In this document: positions 29,674 through 43,202 of the stretch, piece after piece | Position numbering within the stretch: the stretch's first letter is position 1 | Layout of the letters: the number at the start of each line of letters is the position of its first letter | The notes under the pieces: generated by a model | Seen by the model: the letters and a program-made list of their open reading frames with translations, nothing else | Told to the model about the DNA's origin: nothing | Database searches by the model: none | Position numbers and translations under genes: made by a program | Source of the DNA: an uncultured Chitinophaga sp. | GTDB taxonomy: Bacteria; Bacteroidota; Bacteroidia; UBA7662 | NCBI GenBank assembly: GCA_964577055.1 | Contig: CAZNWC010000001.1 | Span: 129 to 64,128, forward strand | Direction of reading: 5' to 3' | Length of the DNA: 64,000 nt

Positions 29674-30796
29674 GTCTCCTCTTGATATTTGATTGAACCA
29701 CGAAATAGTCGATGAGTGGCGCCATCACGTTACCAAATAAGATGGCCAACATGATGCCTTCGGGATAAGCCGGGTTGAATACGCGAATCATTACGGCCAT
29801 CATACCGATCAACAAACCGTACCACCACTTTCCTACTTCCGTTTGGGCAGCGGTTACAGGGTCGGTGGCCATGAATACAGCTCCGAACATCAAACCGCCC
29901 ATGATGAAGTGGTAATAAAAAGGCACTTGCATGAATTCATTAGCGCTGATAGCGTTAAAAATCAAGCCCATGATGCCTGCACCCAACATCACCGAAGTCA
30001 TGATTTTCCAGCTGCCAATCCCTGTGAGGATCAAAAAGGCTGCTCCTATCAGAATGGCAATCTTGCTGGTTTCACCAATCGACCCTGGGATAAAGCCCAT
30101 GATCATATCCGTTGCGCTGAAGCCCGGACTGCCAGCAATGCTGTTGGCAAGGGCCGTAGCACCTGAATAAGCATCTGCCTTTTCGGCAATCCATACGGTA
30201 TCGCCCGACATGAAGGTTGGATACGCAAAAAATAGAAATACGCGTGCAGTAAGTGCCACATTCAGGATGTTCATGCCTGTGCCGCCAAATACTTCCTTGG
30301 CAAAAACTACTGCAAATGCAGTGGCAACGGCTACCATCCACAAAGGAATGCTCGGTGGCATAATCAGCGGTATCAACATCCCTGATACCAGGAAGCCTTC
30401 GTTGATGGCGTGTCCTTTTTTAGAAGCAATGAAAAACTCAATACCCAAACCTACACCATACGAAACCACCACTACGGGCAATACTTTGAAGGCACCGTAG
30501 ATGAGCTTGTCCAAAAAGCCATCGCCATATCCCAAAAACTCACCATTGCTGATGAAATGCTGATGGCCTACGTTGTACATGCCAAACAACAGGGCAGGTA
30601 CCATGGCCAAAATCACAAAAAACATGGTGCGCTTGAGGTCAATACCGGCCTTGATATGCGTACCATCATGGGTTACATGATCGGGCGTGAATAAAAAGGT
30701 GGCAAAACCATCAAACACGGTGTGGAACTTCTCGTACTTCCCACCTTTGTTAAAAAGGGGACGGAGTTCGTAAACTTTGTCCTTTAGAAACTTCAT
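29660..30796 (-). CDS. nqrB: Na+-NQR subunit B.
   Basis: NqrB/RnfD family. ~380 aa polytopic. Operon position. Confidence 0.85.
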   Translation of the reverse strand: MKFLKDKVYELRPLFNKGGKYEKFHTVFDGFATFLFTPDHVTHDGTHIKAGIDLKRTMFFVILAMVPALLFGMYNVGHQHFISNGEFLGYGDGFLDKLIYGAFKVLPVVVVSYGVGLGIEFFIASKKGHAINEGFLVSGMLIPLIMPPSIPLWMVAVATAFAVVFAKEVFGGTGMNILNVALTARVFLFFAYPTFMSGDTVWIAEKADAYSGATALANSIAGSPGFSATDMIMGFIPGSIGETSKIAILIGAAFLILTGIGSWKIMTSVMLGAGIMGLIFNAISANEFMQVPFYYHFIMGGLMFGAVFMATDPVTAAQTEVGKWWYGLLIGMMAVMIRVFNPAYPEGIMLAILFGNVMAPLIDYFVVQSNIKRRLARA

Positions 30797-30810
30797 ATAC
30801 CGTTAATTGC

Positions 30811-32163
30811 TTATTGTTCTTCTTGATACATCAAATCCAAACCTTCGCGCACAATCTTTTGTACAGGAATTTTGGACGTACACACAAACTCACACAGGGC
30901 AAAATCTTCTTCAGCCACTTCATAAATGCCCAATTGCTCCATTTCTTCAATGTCTTTGTAGATAATCGACTTCAGCAAGAAAGTTGGCAAAATGTCCATC
31001 GGCAAAACCTGCTCGTACTGACCGGTCACCACAAAAGCACGTTCTTCACCATGGGTATTGGTATTTACTTTGTATGTGCGGTTTTTGAACCAACCGCTTA
31101 GGAACGACTTTGATATGTCTGGACGTGGATAGCTGGGCAACAACCAACCAAAAAACTCCATATCATCGCCTTCGGGAATGGCTGTGATTTGGTGGTCGTA
31201 AATGCCAAGGTATCCTTGTTCACCGATATTGCTTCCGGTAAGTACATTGCCACTGATGACACGCACTTTGCCCGATTTGAGATTGCCGCGCAACAGTGCT
31301 TCGGCTTGCACCCCAACGATACTTTCGAAATAGCGAGGCGTTTCAACCTCAGAGCCGGTGATTGCTACCCTTCTGCGTGCATCAAAACGACCTTTCAAGA
31401 ACAACCTACCTATGATGATAACGTCGGCAGGGTGAATGTGCCAAACACGGTCACCCTTTTTGATGGGATCGATGTGGTGAATCTGCACACCCACATTTCC
31501 GGCAGGGTGCGGTCCGCTCACTTTATTGATGATAACGTTTTTGGCTTGCAGCAGCACGTTTGACTTTGTTTCGCTGGCGTGCACATTCAGGTGAATGTTA
31601 ACACCGGTAAGTTTTTTCAGCGCGTCGATGCCGGCCTGGAAAGTATCTGCTTCATTTTCCACCAAAAAGTCAATGCTTGGTGCCAATGGAGCAGAATCGA
31701 AGCCCGAAATAAACACCGACTTAGGCATTTCAGTAGGATTTGCCAATACATTGTACGGACGCTGACGCAAGAAAGCCCATGCGCCAGAGGCAAGCAACTT
31801 GGCTTTGATTTCGTCGGCCGTTAACTGGTCGGGACGTGCCGCGCCAAAGTCGATATAGCTAGTATTGGCATCTGCCAGGATCACAATCTCCTGCAAAACG
31901 CGTTTTTCACCACGTCGTACTTCCACTACTTCACCGCTTACAGGTGAGGTAATTTGAAGTTCGGGATGGTCTTTGTCGAACATCAGTGGTGATCCGGCCT
32001 TGACTTCGGTTCCGGGTTCGACCACTACTTTAAACCGTTTGTGACGGAATTCCTGAGGCTTGATTGCGACCGTTTTCGAAAGGGGAGCTTTGCCCGCCAA
32101 CGGTTGTGCTGCGCCTACCAGTTTGATGTCGTAGCCCTTTTTGAGCTTGATGGATTTTGACAT
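30811..32163 (-). CDS. nqrA: Na+-NQR subunit A.
   Basis: MSKSIKLKKGYDIKL.. typical NqrA N-terminus. ~450 aa. Confidence 0.85.
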   Translation of the reverse strand: MSKSIKLKKGYDIKLVGAAQPLAGKAPLSKTVAIKPQEFRHKRFKVVVEPGTEVKAGSPLMFDKDHPELQITSPVSGEVVEVRRGEKRVLQEIVILADANTSYIDFGAARPDQLTADEIKAKLLASGAWAFLRQRPYNVLANPTEMPKSVFISGFDSAPLAPSIDFLVENEADTFQAGIDALKKLTGVNIHLNVHASETKSNVLLQAKNVIINKVSGPHPAGNVGVQIHHIDPIKKGDRVWHIHPADVIIIGRLFLKGRFDARRRVAITGSEVETPRYFESIVGVQAEALLRGNLKSGKVRVISGNVLTGSNIGEQGYLGIYDHQITAIPEGDDMEFFGWLLPSYPRPDISKSFLSGWFKNRTYKVNTNTHGEERAFVVTGQYEQVLPMDILPTFLLKSIIYKDIEEMEQLGIYEVAEEDFALCEFVCTSKIPVQKIVREGLDLMYQEEQ

Positions 32164-32330
32164 ACTGCTTCCTAGCAAATTTTAAAACGCCGTTTTTTAT
32201 CGTGAAAACAAAGAAAATCAGCTTTGATTTTCGAACAGCAAAAATAGAAAAATGTTTGACTTTGTGACGTGAAATCAACAGAAAATGGAGGTTTCGTTCC
32301 CATCCGAAAATCGCCTTAATTTGCACCCAG

Positions 32331-34249
<1,919 letters not shown>

Positions 34250-34253
<4 letters not shown>

Positions 34254-35536
34254 AAAAAGCACTTTGCGTCGTTTTTTGTCTGTTTTCTGCCTTCGTGCAG
34301 GCACAAGATTTTACCAACATCAGGTACGAAGACCATGTTTACAAACAAAACATCAAAACCGTACAGCTTTTGGTGGAAGGAAAACCATTCAGCAATCCAA
34401 TCATCAACCTGGGCAATGGCGGCGAAGGATTGCTGCTCAACTTCGATGACTTGAATGGCGGATTTGAAAATTATACCTACACCATTATCCATTGCAACGC
34501 CGATTGGACGCCCACAAATCTTTTTCAGAACCAATACCTGAGTGGCTTTTTCGAAGACCAAATCAGCGATAACCGCCAATCATTTAACACCCTCACCAAG
34601 TACACCCATTACCGACTGCAGATTCCGAATCAAAATATACAGCTGAAGCTGTCGGGAAATTATGTGGTACATGTGTACAAAGACTTCAACAAAGAAGAGC
34701 CGGTACTCACCCGCCGATTCTTCGTGCTGCAGCCAACCATGGGTGTTGTGCCCATGCTCCGCCGCCCGAGTCGACCTGATGCCATTCAAACCGCGCATGA
34801 AATTGATTTCGATATCAATACGGGAAGCCAAACCATTTTTAATCCCTTTGAAGAAATACGTGTGGTCATCCGTCAGAACCAGCGGTGGGACAATCAAGTG
34901 GCTGGTTTGCTCCCGCTCTTTGTGCGCAACAATGTGCTCAGCTACGATTATGCCGACCGTAACATCATAGCTGCAGGCAATGAGTTCAGGAAGGTTGACT
35001 TGCGGAACATTCGTTTCAGAGGTGAACGCGTTGGCAAGCTCGAAATCGAGGGCAATCATATATTTGCTTGGGTAAAAGGCGATGATAGCCGTTCGCATTT
35101 GCGTTATCTATCTTACGAAGACCTGAACGGCCGTTACCTCATTCAAGGCAATGAAGGCAGAAACTCCAGTACCGATGCCGACTACATTGAAACCACTTTT
35201 ACCTTGTTTCACCAAGGCCCTTTGGCAGGTGGTAGTGTGCATATTTTGGGACAGCTCACCGATTGGCAAATCAACGAAACCACCAAAATGACATATGATT
35301 ACGACATTGGTGGCTACCAAATCACCCTCTTGCTCAAACAAGGCTTCTATGATTACACCTATGTATTTTTGCGAGATGGCGCTCAGTTGCCTGACTACAC
35401 CTGGTTTGAAGGGAGCTATGAAGAAACCGAAAATGATTATGAGATTTTTGTATATCACCGCCCTCCTACCAGCATGCAGTTTGATCGATTGGTAGCCTAT
35501 ACAAAGTTCAACTCGATGAATCAAACGGGCAGATAA
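34250..35536 (+). CDS. Secreted protein of unknown function. Possibly DUF5103 or T9SS plug-protein-like.
   Basis: Signal peptide MKKALCVVFCLFSAFVQAQ. ~430-aa beta-rich protein conserved in Bacteroidota. The domain assignment is from memory only. Confidence 0.4.
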
Positions 35537-35581
35537 ACGAAAGGCGGCCCAAAAGCCGCCCCGTTCAAAATTGCCAATTGC

Positions 35582-36925
35582 TTACAGCAGTTCGTTGGCA
35601 AGATTGGCCAGTTCTGACCGCTCACCTTTTTCGAGCGTAATGTGTGCAAAAAGACTTTGACCTTTCAAGCGTTCAATCAGGTACGTCAACCCATTCGATT
35701 GTGCATCGAGGTAGGGCGTATCAATTTGGTTGATGTCGCCCGTAAAAATGATTTTGGTGCCTTCACCTGCCCTGGTGATGATGGTTTTTACCTCGTGTGG
35801 CGTGAGGTTTTGTGCCTCATCTACGATGAAGCAAATGTTTGAAAAACTTCGTCCCCTGATATAAGCCAATGGGGTAATGGTCAATTTTTCTTGTTGCACC
35901 AACTCATTGATTTTTTGGTAGTCTTTGTCGCTTTCATTGAACTGATGCTGGATAAACTTTAAATTATCCCAAAGCGGCTCCATGTATGGATTGAGTTTCG
36001 ATTTAATGTCTCCGGGCAAATACCCAATATCTTTGTTGCTGAGGGGAACGATGGGTCTTGCCAGGTACAATTGTTTGTAAAAGCGGCGCTGCTCCAACGC
36101 ACCTGCCAAGGCCAACAGGGTTTTGCCTGTGCCTGCAATGCCTTGCAAAGTCACCAAACGCACTTGTTCCGACATGACTGCGTGCAATGCAAAGGCCTGT
36201 TCGGCATTCCTTGGCTTGATGCCATAGGCAAGTCGTTTTTCTACCTTTTCCATCCTGCCATCGAATGCGTTATAGAAGGCCATTACAGAGTCTTTGCCAT
36301 TGCGCAAAATAAAATATTGGTTGGGCACGGGATCTACCAATCCAACATCTTCGGGCATGCAATAACCATCTTGGTAAAAGCGATCGATGATTTCGGATGT
36401 GATGCCTGTGATGACTTTTTTACCCGTATAGATGTCATCGAGGTTTTTCACCTTGCCAAAACGATAGTCTTCTGCAGCCAAATCGAGCGCCTTGGCTTTT
36501 AACCTCAGGTTCACGTCCTTGGTGACGAGAATAACCTTTTTATCGGGATAATTTTCTTTGAGATAAAGCGCACTGTTCAGGATGCGGTGATCGGCTTTGC
36601 GTTCGCCAAAGATTTTTTGTGCATCGAGACTTGCGTTTTCGTGCATTTCAACGTGGAACCTCCCTCCTTCGATATTTCCCAATGAAATCCAGTCTTGCAA
36701 ACTATGGTCTGCAGAAATTTTGTCAAGAAAACGAATAAACTCGCGTGCTTCAAAATTGAGGCTGTCGTTCCCTTTTTTGAACTGGTCGAGCTCTTCTAAA
36801 ACGGTGATGGGAATGGCCACATCATGTTCATGGAAGTTATTGATGGCGTTGTGATCGTGCAAGATAACTGAGGTGTCGAGCACGAAAATTTTACTTTCTT
36901 TTTTGGAATTAGTGCGTTTGGCCAT
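35582..36925 (-). CDS. PhoH2-type protein: N-terminal PIN domain fused to a PhoH-like ATPase.
   Basis: PIN (VLDTSVILHD..) and Walker A GIAGTGKT. Confidence 0.85.
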   Translation of the reverse strand: MAKRTNSKKESKIFVLDTSVILHDHNAINNFHEHDVAIPITVLEELDQFKKGNDSLNFEAREFIRFLDKISADHSLQDWISLGNIEGGRFHVEMHENASLDAQKIFGERKADHRILNSALYLKENYPDKKVILVTKDVNLRLKAKALDLAAEDYRFGKVKNLDDIYTGKKVITGITSEIIDRFYQDGYCMPEDVGLVDPVPNQYFILRNGKDSVMAFYNAFDGRMEKVEKRLAYGIKPRNAEQAFALHAVMSEQVRLVTLQGIAGTGKTLLALAGALEQRRFYKQLYLARPIVPLSNKDIGYLPGDIKSKLNPYMEPLWDNLKFIQHQFNESDKDYQKINELVQQEKLTITPLAYIRGRSFSNICFIVDEAQNLTPHEVKTIITRAGEGTKIIFTGDINQIDTPYLDAQSNGLTYLIERLKGQSLFAHITLEKGERSELANLANELL

Positions 36926-37015
36926 GAGCGAAATCGGATATGTTGGCTCAAGTTGCCCAAAATTGAGTGCAATTGCAAAACCCTTTTTTGCACGGCATTG
37001 TGCATAACTTTTGGG

Positions 37016-39088
37016 TCAGGATTCCTGTGTCTGCCCTGGATATTCGATGCGCACGTGGTAAATGCTGTTCAGCATTTTCTTAAAAAGCTTTTTGATCTTT
37101 GAAATATCGCGTAAAGTAATATCCGCATTGATGTACTGATTGTACTGTAACTGTTTGGCAACAATGCCATCCACCAAATCTGAGATATTTTGGGCATTCG
37201 GGTGTTTGATACTGCGCGATGCTGCCTCCACCGAATCGGCCATCATCAATACCGCCGTTTCTTTGCTAAAGGGTTTAGGACCCGGATATCGGAACTTCCC
37301 TTCGTCTACTTCCAATTCGGGGAAACTGCGTATCTGCGACTGGTAAAAATATTCTACGCGCTGATCACCATGGTGGGTTCTGATAAAATCGACTACAATT
37401 TCAGGCAATCTGTGCTTTTTGGCCAATTCTACCCCATCGAGCACATGGCCGATGATGATTTGCGCACTCTCTTCGAAAGGCAGGTCGTCGTGCGGATTAG
37501 CGGAAGCATGTTGATTTTCTATGAAATAAACGGGATTCGTTAGTTTGCCAATGTCGTGATAAAGCGCTCCCACCCGCACCAGCAAAGCATTTCCCCCTAT
37601 TTCAAAGATGGCTGCCTCAGCCAAATTGGCTACCTGCAAGGTATGTTGAAAGGTGCCTGGGGCTTCGTACGACAAACGTCGCAACAAGGGATTATTGGTA
37701 TCACCCAGCTCCATGAGCGTAACGTCGCTTACAAAGCCGAAAATCCTCTCATAACCAAAAAGCAGTGGAGATGCAATGAGTGTAAGGATGGCATTCACAG
37801 CAAAATAGCCGTAATAGAGTGGTATTAACTCCCTAAAATCACCTTTGTTGACCAAGGTATAGGCCGTGTAGCCCAAGGCATACACCAAAAATACGATGCC
37901 CGAACTGAGGTAAAATTGAGAACGGTTGCGGATGCTGATGAGGGTAAAAATGGCTGCCATTCCAGCTGCCAGTTGCAAAACCATAAATTCGGAGGCATAA
38001 CCCGAAAAAAAGGAGGTTAGTAAAGTAGCTACCAGTGTCACCATCATGGCCAACCATCCGTCAAAAAGTGCCCTGGTGAGGATGGGCAATACACAAAAGG
38101 GAATCAAATAAACCGATGGAATGGCTTTTTTGGTGGCCAAACTGAACAGTGCCACAACCAAAACGATATTCAGCAAAACCACAGCCAAACGCCTGGTGTC
38201 GTCGAAAAGGCCTTTGCGGAAAAAAAACAAATAGGCTACCAGCAAACCCATGATCATGGCCACCAGCAGGGCCTGCCCCAGCAGCGACCACCACCGCTGC
38301 CAGCCTTCGTAGCTTTGGGCCCCTATTTCTTTTTCGAGTGAATTGATCTTGCGGTAGGTATCTTCATACACCAAGCTGCCCTTGCTCACAATCATTTCAC
38401 CCTGTTGAACCAAACCAGTGGTTTCGCTTACTGCTTCAAGTAGTTTTACTTTGGCAGATGCAGTAGCCACGGCATCGTAAACGATGTTTGGTTGAAATTT
38501 ACGGGTACCAAATAGCCGTAACTGATCTGCCAATACAGGGTCGAGCGTCATTTGTGCAATTTGTGCGTACCAAGCCTCCATGAGCCTTTCTGCACCCACA
38601 AAAAGATCTGAATGAACTGTGATCGGTTTTGTGCTTCGGCTGTTCGAGATGAAAATACTACCGTCTTGTTGCCTTGGCCCTTCCTGAATGACTCCTTTGG
38701 TGTAAAATGTAGCTAGCAGGTCCTGCAGCGGTTGCAGCTCCCCTAAGCTCAGTTTATCGGAAAATTCTTGCTGTAATACTTGTTGTATTTCCTGCAATTG
38801 ATTTTCACGCACCTCATAATAAGGTTTGTGATTTTTCAGTACCTTTTTGCGTTCTGCCTCCAGTTGGATTTCTCCTTTGAGGACTTCAAAATCAAAAGGA
38901 GCTATCAGGTCTTTGTAGGTCCATGGCTTGTTGAGTGCGTATTCGTAGCGAAAGGCTATTTTATGCGGCAACAAAGCTGTTAATACCACCACTGTAAGCA
39001 CAAGTAGGCTCCAACGCGCCATTTGGGAACCATGCAGCGTAAAAAACGCTTGCAAATCGAAGATCCATTTGTGTTTAGCAGAAGGCAT
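37016..39088 (-). CDS. 7TM receptor with an intracellular HD hydrolase (7TMR-HDED / HDIG family).
   Basis: Extracellular N-terminal domain, 7 TM helices, and YHDIGK HD motif with downstream HHGD. Confidence 0.85.
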   Translation of the reverse strand: MPSAKHKWIFDLQAFFTLHGSQMARWSLLVLTVVVLTALLPHKIAFRYEYALNKPWTYKDLIAPFDFEVLKGEIQLEAERKKVLKNHKPYYEVRENQLQEIQQVLQQEFSDKLSLGELQPLQDLLATFYTKGVIQEGPRQQDGSIFISNSRSTKPITVHSDLFVGAERLMEAWYAQIAQMTLDPVLADQLRLFGTRKFQPNIVYDAVATASAKVKLLEAVSETTGLVQQGEMIVSKGSLVYEDTYRKINSLEKEIGAQSYEGWQRWWSLLGQALLVAMIMGLLVAYLFFFRKGLFDDTRRLAVVLLNIVLVVALFSLATKKAIPSVYLIPFCVLPILTRALFDGWLAMMVTLVATLLTSFFSGYASEFMVLQLAAGMAAIFTLISIRNRSQFYLSSGIVFLVYALGYTAYTLVNKGDFRELIPLYYGYFAVNAILTLIASPLLFGYERIFGFVSDVTLMELGDTNNPLLRRLSYEAPGTFQHTLQVANLAEAAIFEIGGNALLVRVGALYHDIGKLTNPVYFIENQHASANPHDDLPFEESAQIIIGHVLDGVELAKKHRLPEIVVDFIRTHHGDQRVEYFYQSQIRSFPELEVDEGKFRYPGPKPFSKETAVLMMADSVEAASRSIKHPNAQNISDLVDGIVAKQLQYNQYINADITLRDISKIKKLFKKMLNSIYHVRIEYPGQTQES

Positions 39089-39162
39089 AGCCGGATGCAG
39101 CAGGGTGAATAAAACGTAACTTTGGGCCGCAAGTTAAACTGAATTGCTTAAAAATCCGTGAT

Positions 39163-40341
39163 ATGAAAGAAGTGTATATTGTGGCAGCAGCCAGAACGCC
39201 TATCGGAAGCTTTAATGGTGCACTCGCCAATGTATCGGCACCCCAATTGGGCGCTATTGCCATCAAAAAAGCCATGGAACAAGTGCATCTTGACCCTGCA
39301 CGGGTAGATGAAGTGTACATGGGCAATGTGATCAGCGCCAATGTGGGGCAAGCGCCAGCAACCCAAGCAGCTATTTATGCAGGCATTGCCAACACTACCC
39401 CTTTTACCACGGTGAATAAAGTTTGTGCCAGCGGTATGAAAGCCATCATGTTAGGTGCACAAAGCATTCAGCTTGGTCAATATGAAGTGGTTGTTGCCGG
39501 CGGCATGGAAAGCATGAGCAACGTTCCCTACTATCTCGACAAATACAGAAACGGCGGCCGTTTGGGCCACGGACAAGTGATTGATGGCATTTTGCGTGAT
39601 GGTTTGACCGACGTTTACAACAACTACCATATGGGGAATGCTGCTGAGTTATGTGCCAGCGAACACCAAATCAGTCGTGAAGCGCAGGATGCTTACGCCA
39701 TTAATTCCTACAAACGTGCCGCTGCAGCTTGGGAAGCAGGCAAATTCGATCGTGAAATTGCACCTGTTGAAATCCAGGTAAAAGGCAAAGATGCCGTGTT
39801 GGTACGCGAAGATGAGGATTTTCGCAAGGTAAGTTTCGACAAAATCCCCGGCTTGCGACCTGTATTCGATAAAAATGGCACGGTAACCGCCGCAAATGCC
39901 TCTAACCTCAACGATGGTGCATCGGCAGTTGTGCTGATGAGCAAAGAAAAGGCAGAAGCACTGGGCATCAAGCCGATTGCCCGCATTTTGGGATATGCCG
40001 ACGCCCAACAAGCCCCCGAATGGTTTACCACAGCTCCTGCTAAAGCCATACCACTGGCCATGGCGCGCGCTGGTGTAAAGGCGGAAGAGGTAGATTTTTA
40101 CGAGATCAACGAAGCCTTCTCGGTGGTTTGTTTGGCCAACAATCAATTGCTTGGACTAAACCCAGAGCGGGTAAATGTGTATGGTGGTGGTGTGTCGATA
40201 GGCCACCCTATTGGCAGTTCAGGTTCACGGATTGTGGCTACCTTGTGTAGTGTTTTGCACCAGGAGGGTGGCCGCATCGGTGTTGCAGGTATCTGCAATG
40301 GAGGTGGAGGTGCAAGTGCGATGGTAATCGAAAAAATGTAA
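39163..40341 (+). CDS. Acetyl-CoA C-acetyltransferase (thiolase II).
   Basis: MKEVYIVAAARTPIGSF.., active-site Cys in VNKVCASG, C-terminal GGGG thiolase motif. Confidence 0.9.
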   Translation: MKEVYIVAAARTPIGSFNGALANVSAPQLGAIAIKKAMEQVHLDPARVDEVYMGNVISANVGQAPATQAAIYAGIANTTPFTTVNKVCASGMKAIMLGAQSIQLGQYEVVVAGGMESMSNVPYYLDKYRNGGRLGHGQVIDGILRDGLTDVYNNYHMGNAAELCASEHQISREAQDAYAINSYKRAAAAWEAGKFDREIAPVEIQVKGKDAVLVREDEDFRKVSFDKIPGLRPVFDKNGTVTAANASNLNDGASAVVLMSKEKAEALGIKPIARILGYADAQQAPEWFTTAPAKAIPLAMARAGVKAEEVDFYEINEAFSVVCLANNQLLGLNPERVNVYGGGVSIGHPIGSSGSRIVATLCSVLHQEGGRIGVAGICNGGGGASAMVIEKM

Positions 40342-40359
40342 TGTCATTTTTTTAGCGCT

Positions 40360-40381
40360 GGGGGCTTCGGCCCCCTTTTTT
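40360..40381 (+). terminator. Rho-independent terminator after the thiolase gene.
   Basis: gggggc-ttcg-gccccc followed by a T6 run. Confidence 0.7.
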
Positions 40382-40577
40382 ATTGTAGGAAATTCTTAGC
40401 TTAGAAGGCTCATAACATTCGAACTTGACAACTAAGCTAAACAATCGACAAATCAATATTTGGAGCGCTCTGGTTGGGGGGAATTTTACTTTTTTACCAC
40501 TGGTTTTGTTTTTTGGCAACAAACGGAATTATCCAAAAGCCAATAACAGCAACAGTTAGAATCGGAAGCGAAAGCCC

Positions 40578-42037
40578 TTGCAGGCCGATTGGAAAGTTTG
40601 TTGGCGCGTCCATATTGGCTGGGCAAACCAATGGTGGATTTTATTGATCGGTGTAAAAGCAAGTGTAGGCGCGGCTTTGGCGGTGCGCAACTTGTTGGGG
40701 CATCCACTCATGCCGCAGAAACAAGTGGACAAGCAAATCTACGCACACCAAGAACTCAACACCGTTTATAACGAAACCATCGCACGGATCAGTGATGGTT
40801 TTGCATCTATTGACCAGGCTGGTATTGTGCAAATCTGCAACAAGCAAATGGCCAAGCTGTTCGGCCAAGAAGCGGATGAACTTGTAAATAAATCGCTTTT
40901 CACAAGCATTGAGGGCTTTGACAAAAGTCCTTTGGGCATGGCGATTATGGCTTCCATTAAAAATGGCAAGGGCCAAGCCCTGCCTGTGCAGCGCAAAGGT
41001 GACTTGAAATGGTTTGATGTTTCATTGTATCCAGGCTCACATGGACTGTCACTGTTTGCAAAAGACATCACCAAAGAAGAAGAAGTACTCCGCTTGTTGG
41101 AGTTGACAAACCAAGTAGCTCGTATTGGCGGATGGGAATACTTACCAAATGAAAATCGTTTGCATTTGAGTAGGACTGCAAGCGACCTTTTGCAATTGGC
41201 CGATAACCAATTGTCGCTGGATGCACTCGAGACCTATTTTGGCGAGCGTGCAAACGAAATCATTACGGGCTTACAAGAACTTCAAAAGACAAAAGGTCAC
41301 TTCGATATTGAGTTGCCCATCATCAAACAAAAAAACAAACCCTTTTGGGTGAAAATTATTGCCGAGAGCACACAGGACAACAGAAGCGGCACCCGTATTT
41401 TGGGCACTTTACAAGACATTCAAAGCCGTATGTTGTTTCAAGAAAAAATGGCAGATACGGCGCAGCAGTACAGGAATTTGTTTGATTTGACACCTGTGCC
41501 CATGTGGACTTTTGACGCCAGAACTTTCAAGGTAATTGCAGCAAATTCTGCCGCCGCCAAAGAATACGGATATGAACAATCGGAGTTGATTGCCCGCCCT
41601 ATCTCTCAAATGTTTTCGCCAGGGGTATTTTCGCAATTTTTAAAGCAGCTGGCAACCCAAAGTAGCAAAGCACTTATTTCGGAGCACCGTCGCAAGAATG
41701 GTCAATTGATGTATGGGAGATGTATTTCACGGAAATTGAACATGAAAAAAACAAAGCTTATGTGTTGCTTGCACGTGATATCACCGAGCGTTTGAACAAT
41801 ATGCGGGCGATTGAATCGCAAAACCAACGCCTCAGAGAAATTGCCTGGATGCAATCGCACAAAGTGAGGGCCCCTTTGGCCCGTATCTTGGCCATTGCGC
41901 AACTGGTTGAGCCAGAGTATTTCGACCCTAACCACGACAAACATCTCATCGATGAAATTTGCAAGTCGGCACACGAACTTGACCAAATTCTCATGGAGAT
42001 TGTGCAGCGTACCGAAAACAACGGAAAAGAGAAATAA
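40578..42037 (+). pseudogene. PAS-domain sensor histidine kinase (TM + PAS x2-3 + HisKA), disrupted by a frameshift near 41705-41730. The two ORFs are 40578-41795 and 41720-42037.
   Basis: The downstream frame continues the PAS end (..QEWSIDVWEMYFTEIEHEKNKAYVLLARDITER) and then an HisKA H-box (SHKVRAPLARIL). The upstream frame ends in nonsense (..LMYGRCISRKL..). Confidence 0.6.
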
Positions 42038-42287
42038 GCCTAGCAGGTATTTCATACCAAAAGCAGCATTTACTTCCATAGCGAAAGAGGCTGCGCCTTG
42101 TGCAGGAATTATTTCAATGTGAGCGTATAGGCGCCCAAGTGCTACAAAAATGGCGGATCTTCAGCACGCGCCAATCTTTATACCCCCACCAGCATAACCG
42201 CATCGCGCTGGGCTCGGCCAGATACAATGGAGGACGCGCTGCCATGCAGTTCTTCATCCCATGCTGCAACAGCAGTTCATTTGCTGC

Positions 42288-43202
42288 TCATTTGCCTTTT
42301 CGTTCAATCACCATGAGGACATACTTCTTATCGGCGGCAAATTGTTTCGGCTCTCCAATGGCCATGAGTTTATTTGATTTGTTCAGTATAAGCGGCCACA
42401 AATCTGCGAAGGCAAAATGAACTCCAGGTGCTTTTACATTCAGCTTTTCAATGCCATACTCCACTATCGGAATCAAAATTTGTGTGCCCCAATGATGCAC
42501 ATAAGCAATGGTTGGCAAGATGTTGGGCGTAATGTCGGTTTGTACCTGCAATTCAAAACCATGCTCTTCTAATTGACGCACAAAAGCATCCCAATAATGA
42601 CCACTTTTTTCGGCTGCAGCACCTGATCGAAAATAATCGCAAGCAATCCATCTGCCATCCTTTGCCAACAATTGGTCAATGATTGGCAAAGCTCTTTTAA
42701 GATCGAGATATTGCAGCGATTCGGAAGTAATGATGGTACCAAAAGCGCCTGCCTTTCCAGCCACCTCAATGTCCTCGAATTTACACTCAAGCAATTCATT
42801 TGGGTAATTGGCGCGGATATGGCGGGCTTGATTGGTATCGGGTGTAAGCCCCATGGCGTTGACACCACGGCGGTTCAACACTCCCAACAGCCCCCCCATG
42901 CCACATCCAACATCCAAAATCGGCAGGTCGGTACGAACCACCAAGTCGGCCAACAAATTGGCGTAGCGCTCCTGCGCTTCGTAAATCATGTTTAAACTAA
43001 TGTCCTGTGGCTTCACTTCCGGGTTATCGAAATAACCATAATGCAAATGATCTCCGGGCAACAAGCGATGGTACAATTTCAATTGAGCATCGTCGTATAC
43101 CCGAGCCCGCCTTTTGCGGTTCCGCTGTAAATAATAAATACGTACCCAATTCAATGGATTGATCAATCGCAAGGCCAAGGCCCTGAATGGTCTGTTTGAC
43201 AT
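42288..43202 (-). CDS. Class I SAM-dependent methyltransferase.
   Basis: Motif I VLDVGCGMGG. Rossmann-fold MTase layout. Confidence 0.75.
   Translation of the reverse strand: MSNRPFRALALRLINPLNWVRIYYLQRNRKRRARVYDDAQLKLYHRLLPGDHLHYGYFDNPEVKPQDISLNMIYEAQERYANLLADLVVRTDLPILDVGCGMGGLLGVLNRRGVNAMGLTPDTNQARHIRANYPNELLECKFEDIEVAGKAGAFGTIITSESLQYLDLKRALPIIDQLLAKDGRWIACDYFRSGAAAEKSGHYWDAFVRQLEEHGFELQVQTDITPNILPTIAYVHHWGTQILIPIVEYGIEKLNVKAPGVHFAFADLWPLILNKSNKLMAIGEPKQFAADKKYVLMVIERKGK

Noticed and set aside
35582-39088. PIN-PhoH plus 7TM-HD pair as a possible toxin-antitoxin or defence module.
   Set aside because: Both are widely conserved housekeeping genes in Bacteroidota (PhoH2, 7TMR-HDED), with native GC and no mobile context.
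40589-40771. 60-aa ORF in an alternative frame at the sensor kinase 5' end.
   Set aside because: It overlaps the PAS kinase N-terminal TM region in another frame and has basic-rich junk composition, so it is spurious.
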